Translations under genes and position numbers: made by a program
The notes under the pieces: model-generated
What the model was told of the DNA's origin: nothing
The model's input: the letters and a program-made list of their open reading frames with translations, nothing else
Database searches by the model: none
NCBI GenBank assembly: GCA_049510745.1
Contig: JBEKYR010000001.1
Location: forward strand, 64,001-128,000
Source of the DNA: Verrucomicrobiota bacterium
GTDB taxonomy: Bacteria; Verrucomicrobiota; Verrucomicrobiia; Limisphaerales; Palsa-1400
Direction of reading: 5' to 3'
DNA: 64,000 nt
In this document: positions 9,386 through 18,244 of the stretch, in pieces
Position numbering within the stretch: the first letter of the stretch is position 1
How the letters are laid out: the number at the start of each line of letters is the position of its first letter

Positions 9386-9940
9386 ATGAGCGAGATCACC
9401 CAAGTCCTGCTGTCACGGCCGGGTGACGGTTGTGATTCGGAGGAGTTGCTGCCGCTGGTCTATGACGACCTTCGCCGGATGGCGGCGGCGCGAATGGCGG
9501 GCGAAGCGGGGGGGCAAACGTTGCAGCCCACGGCCCTGGTTCATGAAGCGTGGATGCGGATTTTTGGGAACGGCGACCGGCGCTGGCAGGATCGCGGACA
9601 CTTTTTCGGCGAGGCGGCCGAGGCGATGCGGCGGATACTGATTGAACGCGCCCGGCGCAAATCCCGGCTCAAGCGCGGCTACGGATGGGTGCGGTTGGAC
9701 ATGGAAGGTCTGGCATTGGCGGAGGCGACGCCGGATGACAAGGTGCTGCTGATCAATGAGGCGCTGGAACGGCTGGAGGCGGAGGATCCGCAGCGGGCGA
9801 AGGTGGTGGTGATGAAGTTTTTCGGCGGACTGACAAACCAGGAGGTGGCCAAGAGCCTGGGCGTGGCCGAACGGACCATCGAGCGCCAATGGGCTTATGC
9901 CAAGGCCTGGTTGTTCCGGAGCATTCGCGAGCAGATGTAA
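9386..9940 (+). CDS. ECF sigma factor of the kinase-associated PVC type (TIGR02999-like)
   Basis: ELLPLVYDDLRRMA, TLQPTALVHEAW, AMRRILIERAR, FFGGLT..EVA..LGV..RT..RQW.YAKAWL. Confidence 0.93.
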   Translation: MSEITQVLLSRPGDGCDSEELLPLVYDDLRRMAAARMAGEAGGQTLQPTALVHEAWMRIFGNGDRRWQDRGHFFGEAAEAMRRILIERARRKSRLKRGYGWVRLDMEGLALAEATPDDKVLLINEALERLEAEDPQRAKVVVMKFFGGLTNQEVAKSLGVAERTIERQWAYAKAWLFRSIREQM

Positions 9941-9964
9941 TTTGACAGCAACCCACGCGGCGCC

Positions 9965-12211
9965 ATGCATGACACGCTTTCACGCGAAGAAGAGGTGTTC
10001 GACGCGGCGCGAAAACTGAGCGACTCCGCGCAACGGGAAGAATTTCTGGAGCGGGCGTGCGCGAATGATTCCGACCTGCGGGAGAGAGTGGAAAAATTGC
10101 TCTCCGTCCACAGCCACGCCGAGGAGTTGTTTACCGAGTGCCTGACCGCGTTGCGCTCCTCCGCCGATGCTCCCGAATCCCCGGCGGCGGCGCGGGGGCT
10201 TGAAGAAGAACAGCCGGGGACGCGCATCGGGCCTTATAGAATCCTGCAAAAGATCGGCGAAGGCGGTTGCGGGGCCGTTTACATGGCGGAACAGGAGAAG
10301 CCGATGCGCCGTCTGGTGGCGCTGAAGGTCATCAAACTGGGCATGGACACGCGGGCGGTCATTGCGCGCTTTGATGCCGAGCGCCAGGCGCTGGCGATGA
10401 TGGACCATCCGAACATTGCCAAAGTCCTGGACGCGGGCGCGACCGAGACGGGCCGTCCGTTCTTTGTCATGGAACTGGTGCGCGGGACCCGGATCACGGA
10501 GTATTGCGATCAGAACCAGTTGGATACGCGCCACCGGCTGGAGTTGTTCATCCAGATTTGCCATGCCATTCAGCACGCGCACCAGAAAGGGATCATTCAT
10601 CGCGACATCAAGCCGTCGAACATCATTGTGACGCTGCATGACGGCCTGCCGGTGCCGAAGGTGATAGATTTTGGAATCGCCAAAGCGACGGAGGCGCCGC
10701 TGACGGACAAGACGCTTCTGACGACGCAGAATCAATTCATCGGAACGCCCGCTTACATGAGTCCCGAGCAAGCCGGAACGGGCGGGCTGGACATTGACAC
10801 GCGCAGCGACATTTACAGCCTGGGCGTGCTGCTCTACGAATTGCTGACGGGCAAAACTCCCTTCGACCCGAAGACGCTGGTCCAGTCGGGGGTGGAGGAG
10901 ATGCGCCGCACGTTGCAGGAAGAGGAACCGCAACGGCCTTCCGCCCTGTTGACGGTCCTGGGCGGCAACGAACTGACCCTGACCGCCGCGCGGCGCCACG
11001 CTGAACCGCCCCGATTGATTGCGCTCATGCGCGGCGATCTGGACTGGATTGTCATGAAGGCATTGGAAAAGGAGCGCGCGCGCCGTTATGAAACGGCCAA
11101 CGGATTGGCCATGGATATCCAGCGGCACCTGGGCAACGAGCCGGTGCTGGCCCGTCCGCCCAGCCGAATCTATCGGCTGCAAAAGCTGATGCGGCGGAAC
11201 AAGGTTGTTTTTGTGGCGGCGGCCGCCGTGTCCGCCGCCTTGATCGCGGGGCTGGGCACCTCGACGTGGCTCTTTCTGAAAGAGAGAGAGGCCCGCCAGC
11301 GGGCCGTCGCGGCGGAACGCCAGCAGGCCCGCCTGGCTCAGGAGGCGGAACTGGCCCGTTCCAATGAAGCCAAGTTGCGCCGTCAAGCCGAAGCCCGCGA
11401 GAGGATCACGCAGGCGGAAGTCCTGGTCAGCCAGGACAGATTTGAGGAAGCCGACAAGATGGTCAGCGAGTCGTCTCCGACGGAGCCGAGTGTGGAAGGG
11501 GCGGCGCTGCTGCGTTCCTTGAGTGAGCGGCACGCCCTCCAGGGCCACTGGACCCAGGCGGCGGATCGCTTTGGCTTGCTGCTGCAACTCAACCAACTGG
11601 ACGGGTGGGATGTCGGCACGATGGATTTTCTCGGATGCGGGGTCTGCCTGATTGAGAGCGGCGACGCCGAGCATTACGATTGGTTTCGCCAGGCGGCCCT
11701 GTCTCGATTCGCGTCCACTCCCAACGGCGTTGCCGCGGAACGAATCATCAAGATTTGCCTCTTAAAAGCTCCGAGCCAAGGCGTTCTGGAGTCTTTTGCT
11801 CCACTGGCGCGCGTGGCCGAGGGATCTTTCAGCACGGTGGACAGCCATGATGCGGAGGCGGTTTTTCGAGCGGCCTGGGGATCGGTTTCTCTGGCGCTCT
11901 GGGAGTATCGTCAGGGCCACTATGCCAGGAGCATCGAGTGGGCCAGACGCTGCCTGGCCTTTCCCGAGTCCAACGCGCCCAGAGCGGCGGCGGCCCACGT
12001 CGAACTGGCCCTGGCTTTGCGCCAGACCGGGCAGAGGGACGAAGCGCTCCGAGAACTCAGCCAGGGCCGTCAATCCATCGAAGACGAATTCAATGGGAGC
12101 CTGGAAGCGGGGAGCGCCGTGCAGGGTTTCTGGTTCGATTGGGTCTTCGCCCGCATCCTGTTGCGGGAAGCCACGGACCAGATCGACCCGCGCCCATCCG
12201 TCTCTCCTTAA
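9965..12211 (+). CDS. Hanks-type Ser/Thr protein kinase with hydrophobic segment and helical/TPR-like C-terminus
   Basis: IGEGGCGAVY, VALK, HRDIKPSN, DFG, GTPAYMSPEQ, DIYSLG; hydrophobic stretch after KLMRRNK. Confidence 0.95.
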   Translation: MHDTLSREEEVFDAARKLSDSAQREEFLERACANDSDLRERVEKLLSVHSHAEELFTECLTALRSSADAPESPAAARGLEEEQPGTRIGPYRILQKIGEGGCGAVYMAEQEKPMRRLVALKVIKLGMDTRAVIARFDAERQALAMMDHPNIAKVLDAGATETGRPFFVMELVRGTRITEYCDQNQLDTRHRLELFIQICHAIQHAHQKGIIHRDIKPSNIIVTLHDGLPVPKVIDFGIAKATEAPLTDKTLLTTQNQFIGTPAYMSPEQAGTGGLDIDTRSDIYSLGVLLYELLTGKTPFDPKTLVQSGVEEMRRTLQEEEPQRPSALLTVLGGNELTLTAARRHAEPPRLIALMRGDLDWIVMKALEKERARRYETANGLAMDIQRHLGNEPVLARPPSRIYRLQKLMRRNKVVFVAAAAVSAALIAGLGTSTWLFLKEREARQRAVAAERQQARLAQEAELARSNEAKLRRQAEARERITQAEVLVSQDRFEEADKMVSESSPTEPSVEGAALLRSLSERHALQGHWTQAADRFGLLLQLNQLDGWDVGTMDFLGCGVCLIESGDAEHYDWFRQAALSRFASTPNGVAAERIIKICLLKAPSQGVLESFAPLARVAEGSFSTVDSHDAEAVFRAAWGSVSLALWEYRQGHYARSIEWARRCLAFPESNAPRAAAAHVELALALRQTGQRDEALRELSQGRQSIEDEFNGSLEAGSAVQGFWFDWVFARILLREATDQIDPRPSVSP

Positions 12212-12236
12212 GGCCTCCTTTCCGCACACGATTCCG

Positions 12237-12280
12237 TGTCGGGTTTTGGCGTTGATTGGCGCATTTAGGGAAAGAACAGC
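12237..12280 (+). promoter_or_regulatory. Candidate ECF-sigma promoter, copy 1
   Basis: TGTCGGGTTT...TGGCGCATTTAGG; 37/44 identical to 18148-18191. Confidence 0.6.
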
Positions 12281-12400
12281 CATCTGTCGGGAACCCCAGA
12301 AGTTCTCCCTGTGGTCGAGTCGTGCCGCGATTCGGGGCGGTCGTTGCTGCGGGGCATAGTCCACGGTGCGCTCGAGTGCGAGGGGAGGGAAAGCGGGGCG

Positions 12401-12547
12401 TGCGCAATATGGCGATTTTTATGCGCAGAATGGCGTTGCGGCCCGATGCCGCCGTTTGGTAACGTCATACGCAATACATCATAGGTCGTACGTCATAGGT
12501 AGTCATACTCTTATTTCAACCGTGCCTGTGAAACAGTGTCTGTGAAA
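12401..12547 (+). promoter_or_regulatory. sigma70-type promoter with 21-bp-spaced direct repeats and a heptamer array
   Basis: TGCGCAnnATGGCG at 12401 and 12422; TTGCGG 12436; extended -10 TGgTAACGT 12457-12465; GTCATAS-like heptamers 12464-12508. Confidence 0.5.
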
Positions 12548-12588
12548 ATCAAATCAACGTCGAATCAAACAAACTCAACAACAAAAAT

Positions 12589-15432
12589 ATGAGAAAAAAT
12601 CTAAACACCGGGTATCGGATGATTTTTTGGAGTTGTGCGGGGCTTCTGGCAGCGCAACTGACAGCCTCGGCGCAAACGCTGGCGCACGAATACAGCTTTT
12701 TTACGGCGACCAACGGCACGACCAATGCTGTCGATCTGGTCGGGGGCGCGAACGGAACGCTCGTCGGCACCATAACCAACACCGGGATTACCGGGGGCCG
12801 TATGTTCTTCGATGGCACCTCGTATGTGGTGCTGCCGGCCGGCATCATCACCAACGACCTGGCGGTGACGGTCGAAGCCTGGGCGGACTACGCCTCTCTT
12901 AGTGATCAAGGCCTTTGGGCGAATCTTTTCGACTTCGGCACGCAGGATGCCGCCGTCAATGATTCGTACAGCATTTCCTTCTGTGTGAATACCAGCGCCC
13001 ATGTCCTTGATGCCGCCATTTCGGATTACGACAACGCCAACGTGAGCCGCGAGAATTGCGCCTCGTTAGCGAACCCCCTCGACGGCGCGACCGGCGCGTA
13101 TATCGCGACCGTGTTTGATCCTCCCGATGGTTTCATTGCTCTTTACGTCAACGGCGTCCTCAACACGAAACTTCCCATTATCAGCACGATCACGCCCGGC
13201 GTCCGAGATCTCAACAATGAGCTCGGCGCGGACAATTGGAATGACCCAAAACTGAGCGCCTATCTCTACGAGTTCCGCATTTGGAACGGCGCCCTCAATG
13301 GCCTTGAAGTGGCGGCCAGTTGCGAGAACGGCTACTCTGGCGGCATTAATACCAATGCCGGCGCCATCACGAGCCTCCAATTGTCGGCAGGCGCCCAAGT
13401 GGTTCAAGGAGGCCAGGAGCCTTCGACGGTGCTGGCCACGGCATCATTGATCACTAACGACGTCGATGTGACGTCGCTTTGCACCTATTCATCCGGCAAC
13501 ACGAACAAGATCACGGTTGATTCCAAAGGCGGGATCCACGGCGTTGGGATCGGTTCCGCCTTGATCACCGCGAGTTACGGAGGCCAGAGCAACTCGATCA
13601 CGGTCACTGTGGTCGAGCCGGTTTCGATTCTCACCCACCGCTACAGCTTCAACGACGCCCAAAACACGCCAAACGCCATGGTCACCGACTCTGTCGGCAC
13701 ACTCAACGGAAACCTGATGGGAACCGCTTATGAAACCAACGGGCAGGCTGTGCTGGATGGCACCGCCGGCTGCTATGTGGACTTAAGCTCAAATTTGTAT
13801 TCCACCGATGGCATGATTTCCGGCTATCAGTCCGCGACGATTGACTACTGGGCTACGTTTGGAACCCTGGGCAACTGGAATTACGCTTGGGTCATGGGCA
13901 ACTCCACTTCAGGTACCTCCGGTGTTAACTACGTTCATCAAGTGGTTCGCGACGGCAACACGTCACATGAGATTGACGAAACGGGCGCGGGTTTTGCCAT
14001 GCTCGGGACCTTTGCCAATGAGACGGTCCACTGCACCACTGTCATGGATGCGCCCGAAGGCCGCATGGCTCTGTACACCAACGGCGTTCTCAGCGGCGTA
14101 ATCACGAATGATTTTGTGCCGCTCAGCACCATCGCCACCAATTTCGCTTGGATTGGCCGTTCGCTCTGGTATGTCTACGATCCTTATGTAAGCGCGAGCT
14201 TCGACGAGTTCCGTGTTTACAACGGGACGCTGACTCCTCAGCAAATCGCCCTGGCCGACGCGCTGGGGCCAAACAACACTAACCTCGTGGTCGGCGCCCT
14301 GCAATCGATCCAGGTTTCCATCCCGACATTGAACCTGGGAGATGCCATCATTGGCCCCGTGCTGGCCAACTATGGCAATTTGACCAACTACAATCTGACG
14401 GGGAACAGCCCGATCCCGCTGTTCATCTTTACCTCGAGCAACTCCAACGTTGTCTATCAAGCCGCCGATGGGAAGCTCCACGCGGTCGGCCGGGGCACTG
14501 CCACGGTCACGGCCACTTACGGGGGTTTCGTGAGCAGCCAGGTGGTGAGTGTGGTGCATAGTCCCGTTCTGGTTAACCGCTACAGCTTCCAGGACGCCAT
14601 CGGCAGCACCACTGTCGCCGACACGGTGGGCGGCACGAATTGGAACGGCACTTTGCCCAACGGTGGCACTTTCACGGGCACCAACCTGCAATTGAGCCAG
14701 CAATGGGTCCAACTCCCGTCGGGAATCCTTAGCAATTACCCCGCCGTGAGCATCGACCTATGGGCCACGTTCCCTGATGCGTTGCCGGCCAACTGCTTCT
14801 TATTCGGTTTCGGCAACACAGATTCCGGCGGCGCCGGGGAGAACTACATCTTCTGCCAACCCGAGGGCGGACGCATTGCCATCTGCGGCGTTGACCCTGG
14901 CTGGACGGGCGAACAAGGCACTGGCGGCGCTAGGAACTTCAGCTTGCAGACCAACCTCCATGTCACGGCGGTATTCGATCCGCCGGCGGGCTTGGAGAGC
15001 TTTTATACGAATGGCGTCCTGGCTTCGCAGATCACCACGGTGACGGTTCCGATGGCTTTCGTGCAAAGCGTGAGTAACTACCTCGGCCGTTCGCTCTACA
15101 CTGCTGACTCCTACATAGACGTGTACTTCAACGAGTTCCGCATCTACAACGGCGCGTTGACTCCCGCTGAAGTGGCAGCCAGCCAGATTCTGGGGCCGTC
15201 CGCGCTGCTCACCACCGGCACAGAAAGCCTGACCGTCTCGGCCTCGGGTGGCAACGTGGTGATTTCGTGGCCGGCTGCGTTGGCGGATGGTTTCTCGCTC
15301 TATTCGAGCAGCACCCTCGGGCCGAACGCCGCGTGGACGCTGGTGAGCGCGACACCCACGATCGTCGGTCAAAACATTCAAGTGTCCGTCCCGACCAGCG
15401 GCACGGCGAAGTTCTACGTGCTGAAGAGGTGA
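12589..15432 (+). CDS. Secreted protein: 3 LamG/ConA-like lectin domains + 2 Ig-like (BIG_2) domains + C-terminal F-[YF]-x-L domain
   Basis: Signal peptide; three LxxxYSF...EFR[IV][WY]NGxL units; two SS.N....V...G..HxVG.G.A..TA.YGG units; ends TAKFYVLKR. Confidence 0.88.
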   Translation: MRKNLNTGYRMIFWSCAGLLAAQLTASAQTLAHEYSFFTATNGTTNAVDLVGGANGTLVGTITNTGITGGRMFFDGTSYVVLPAGIITNDLAVTVEAWADYASLSDQGLWANLFDFGTQDAAVNDSYSISFCVNTSAHVLDAAISDYDNANVSRENCASLANPLDGATGAYIATVFDPPDGFIALYVNGVLNTKLPIISTITPGVRDLNNELGADNWNDPKLSAYLYEFRIWNGALNGLEVAASCENGYSGGINTNAGAITSLQLSAGAQVVQGGQEPSTVLATASLITNDVDVTSLCTYSSGNTNKITVDSKGGIHGVGIGSALITASYGGQSNSITVTVVEPVSILTHRYSFNDAQNTPNAMVTDSVGTLNGNLMGTAYETNGQAVLDGTAGCYVDLSSNLYSTDGMISGYQSATIDYWATFGTLGNWNYAWVMGNSTSGTSGVNYVHQVVRDGNTSHEIDETGAGFAMLGTFANETVHCTTVMDAPEGRMALYTNGVLSGVITNDFVPLSTIATNFAWIGRSLWYVYDPYVSASFDEFRVYNGTLTPQQIALADALGPNNTNLVVGALQSIQVSIPTLNLGDAIIGPVLANYGNLTNYNLTGNSPIPLFIFTSSNSNVVYQAADGKLHAVGRGTATVTATYGGFVSSQVVSVVHSPVLVNRYSFQDAIGSTTVADTVGGTNWNGTLPNGGTFTGTNLQLSQQWVQLPSGILSNYPAVSIDLWATFPDALPANCFLFGFGNTDSGGAGENYIFCQPEGGRIAICGVDPGWTGEQGTGGARNFSLQTNLHVTAVFDPPAGLESFYTNGVLASQITTVTVPMAFVQSVSNYLGRSLYTADSYIDVYFNEFRIYNGALTPAEVAASQILGPSALLTTGTESLTVSASGGNVVISWPAALADGFSLYSSSTLGPNAAWTLVSATPTIVGQNIQVSVPTSGTAKFYVLKR

Positions 15433-15471
15433 CGAGAGAGGCTGATCGCAGCTTGAACTAAGTTAATCCCG

Positions 15472-15508
15472 GCGTGGGTGGCTGATGATTCGGCCACCCA
15501 CGCTTTTT
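15472..15508 (+). terminator. Intrinsic terminator
   Basis: GCGTGGGTGGCTGA-TGAT-TCGGCCACCCACGC followed by TTTTT. Confidence 0.85.
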
Positions 15509-15522
15509 GATGATATAATGGA

Positions 15523-18048
15523 ATGAGGCTGCGCGGTTTTTTCAGGCCGGAGCGTAAAGCAAACCAGCCGCCTCGTTCCAAGCGCCCGTCCCCGCCCGCC
15601 GCGTCGGCGGCGGCTTCCACGGCGCCGATGTCCCGCACACGGCGCTGGTTTTTTCGTCTGGCGGCGATGGTGCTGGGGCCGCTGCTGTTCCTGTTGGTTT
15701 TGGAGGCTGGATTGCGTTTGGCCGGGGTCGGATATCCGATGTCCTTCTTTCTGCCGATGCGGATCGAGGGGAAGGATTGCCTGATCGAAAACGACCGCTT
15801 TGGGTGGCGTTTTTTTGGCCCGGAAATGGCGCGCAACCCGTTTCCTTTCGTCATCCCCAAAGTCAAACCGCCCGAGACGATCCGGGTCTTCGTCTTAGGC
15901 GAGTCAGCCGCCTACGGCGATCCGCAGCCGGAATTCGGCCTGTGCCGCGTTTTGGAGGCCTTGCTGGATGGACGCTTTCCAGACAAACACATTGAAGTGG
16001 TCAACACGGCCATGACCGCGATCAATTCCCATGTCATCCTGCCCATTGCCAGGGATTGCGCCGGGCAAAAGGGCGACATTTGGGTGATCTACATGGGCAA
16101 CAACGAGGTCGTGGGGCCTTATGGCTCAGGAACGGTCTTCGGCGCGCAGGCCGCCAACCTGGCCCTGGTCCGGGCCGGCGTGGCCTGCAAGGCCACGCGC
16201 ATCGGACAGGCGCTGGGAAACCTGGTTCGCCATGCTCAAAAGCGGCCGGTCAACCAGAGCGAGTGGGGCGGAATGACCATGTTCCTTCGCAACCACGTGC
16301 GCCAAGACGACCCCCGCATGGCCACGGTTTACAGCAGCTTCGAACAGAACCTGAACGATATTATTGACGTCGGCCTCCGCGGCGGCGCGAAAGTTCTGGT
16401 CAGCACGGTCGCCCGCAATCTCAAGGATTGCGGTCCCTTCGCCTCGGAACATCGGCCGGGCCTGCCGGCTGGAGAATTGTCGCAGTGGGACAATTTCTAC
16501 CAGGCGGGGATCCGGTCCCAACAGGCGGGGCGGGCGGCGGAGGCGATCGACTTCTTTCGACAAGCGGCGAAGATCGACGACACCTTTGCCGAGGCCCACT
16601 ATCGCTGGGGCCAATGTTCCCTGGCGCTGGGCCAGGACGCGGAGGCTGCGCGCCAGTTTGCGCTGGCCTGTGACCAGGACACACTCCGGTTCCGCGCGGA
16701 CAGCCGCATCAACGAAATCATCCGGCGCGCCGCCTCCCGTCGGGAGCGGGAGGGCGCGCAACTGGTCGATGCCGAGGCGGTCGTGGCCCGGCAAAGCCCG
16801 CATGGATTGGCCGGCGAGGAATTTCTCTACGAGCATGTCCACCTGAACTTCGAAGGCAACTACCTTGTCGCACGCGCCTTGGCGGAACAAGTCGGGCATG
16901 CTTTGTCCGCCGGCGCCGAACATCCCTGGCCCAGTGCGGACGATTGCGCCCGCCGCTTGGGCTGGACCGATTCCACCCGGCGCGAGGCGGAGATGGATAT
17001 TGTCAGCCGCCTCAACGATGCTCCCTTCAGGGAGCAAGCCAACAACCGGCAGCAGTATGAGCGTTTGCTCCGGCAGATCGAACAACTTCAATCCGCGACA
17101 CTTCCCGATTCGCTGCGGGAGGAAAAGGCCCGCGCCGAAGCGGCGGCCGACGCCGCGCCCAATGACTGGATTCTCCGGGAGAATCTGGCGCACCTCCAAC
17201 AGCGAACCGGGGACGCCGCCGGCGCGGTCGAATCATTGCGGCATCTGGCGCGGTTGCTGCCGCAAAGCCCGGACGCCTGGGAGGGATTGGGACTGGCCCT
17301 GGAGGCGGCAAAGCGGGACGATGAGGCGATTTCAGCCTTTCAACAAGCCACCCGGCTGCGCCCGGAATCGGTGGTGGGGATGAACAGTCTGGCCGAGTTG
17401 TATGCGCGCGAAGGGCACCCCGAAGAAGCCGCGCGCGGGTTTCGAGAGGTCTTGCGGAAAAAACCTTACTGGAGTCCGGCCCACCTGGGTCTGGGCAAAG
17501 CCCTTGAGGCGATGGGCAAACCCCAGGAAGCAAAGAAACAATTCGAAGAAGCGCTTAAAAACCGCGTCAGAACCCCGGAGTCTTTCAACACACTGGGAAA
17601 GTTTTCGTTCGCCCGGGGCTGGTACGATGCGGCCGCCACCAATTTCACCGATTCCCTCCGCCTCTATCCTTCCGATCCCGAAACCCACTTCGACCTCGGC
17701 CTGGCCCTGGACAAGCTCGGAAGGCGTGCCGAAGCCAAGGCTCATTACGCCGAAGCTGTCCGTTTGCAGCCCAAGTTCGCCGAGGCCCATTTCTGCCTTG
17801 GTTTGGAACTGGGCAAGGACGGCGACGCCGCCGGCGCGGGGGCGCAGTTCGCCGAGGCGGTGCGCCTCAAGCCGGAGTTTATCGAGGCGCGTTTGAACCT
17901 TGGGATCGCTCTGTCCAACCAGCACCTCAATCAGCAGGCCCTGGATCAATTCGAGGAGGTATTGCGCCGCGACTCCAAAAACCAGATCGCCCTGGCCTAC
18001 GCCAAGATTCTCCGCGCCCCTCCCGCCGCCGCGCCGCAAGACCGATGA
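15523..18048 (+). CDS. Membrane-anchored SGNH-like hydrolase/acyltransferase with TPR repeats
   Basis: N-terminal TM; VFVLGESAAYG, IYMGNNE, FLYEHVH; many TPR motifs (EAHF.LG, EARLNLG). Confidence 0.85.
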   Translation: MRLRGFFRPERKANQPPRSKRPSPPAASAAASTAPMSRTRRWFFRLAAMVLGPLLFLLVLEAGLRLAGVGYPMSFFLPMRIEGKDCLIENDRFGWRFFGPEMARNPFPFVIPKVKPPETIRVFVLGESAAYGDPQPEFGLCRVLEALLDGRFPDKHIEVVNTAMTAINSHVILPIARDCAGQKGDIWVIYMGNNEVVGPYGSGTVFGAQAANLALVRAGVACKATRIGQALGNLVRHAQKRPVNQSEWGGMTMFLRNHVRQDDPRMATVYSSFEQNLNDIIDVGLRGGAKVLVSTVARNLKDCGPFASEHRPGLPAGELSQWDNFYQAGIRSQQAGRAAEAIDFFRQAAKIDDTFAEAHYRWGQCSLALGQDAEAARQFALACDQDTLRFRADSRINEIIRRAASRREREGAQLVDAEAVVARQSPHGLAGEEFLYEHVHLNFEGNYLVARALAEQVGHALSAGAEHPWPSADDCARRLGWTDSTRREAEMDIVSRLNDAPFREQANNRQQYERLLRQIEQLQSATLPDSLREEKARAEAAADAAPNDWILRENLAHLQQRTGDAAGAVESLRHLARLLPQSPDAWEGLGLALEAAKRDDEAISAFQQATRLRPESVVGMNSLAELYAREGHPEEAARGFREVLRKKPYWSPAHLGLGKALEAMGKPQEAKKQFEEALKNRVRTPESFNTLGKFSFARGWYDAAATNFTDSLRLYPSDPETHFDLGLALDKLGRRAEAKAHYAEAVRLQPKFAEAHFCLGLELGKDGDAAGAGAQFAEAVRLKPEFIEARLNLGIALSNQHLNQQALDQFEEVLRRDSKNQIALAYAKILRAPPAAAPQDR

Positions 18049-18054
18049 ACCCAT

Positions 18055-18099
18055 CACATAACGCCTGATACAAGCTATTCTGAATCAGGCGTTTATGTG
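18055..18099 (+). terminator. Stem-loop after the TPR gene (possible terminator)
   Basis: CACATAACGCCTGAT...ATCAGGCGTTTATGTG inverted repeat. Confidence 0.5.
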
Positions 18100-18147
18100 C
18101 AAGCCGGGACAGGATACAGAGACAATTGCGGGCAAAGGCGGGATGTC

Positions 18148-18191
18148 TGTCGGGTTTGGGGGGTGAATGGCGCATTTAGGTACAGAAGAGC
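18148..18191 (+). promoter_or_regulatory. Candidate ECF-sigma promoter, copy 2
   Basis: TGTCGGGTTTGGGGGGTGAATGGCGCATTTAGGTACAGAAGAGC, ending ~55 nt upstream of ATG 18245. Confidence 0.6.
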
Positions 18192-18244
18192 ACTGACATG
18201 AAGAACTGCAAGAAACCCCAACTCTCTCAATCAAAAAACAAAAT

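Noticed and set aside
12281..12400. Riboswitch in the long leader of the LamG gene; third TGTCGGG at 12285
   Set aside because: No known aptamer consensus recognised; the third half-site lacks the CGCATT partner.
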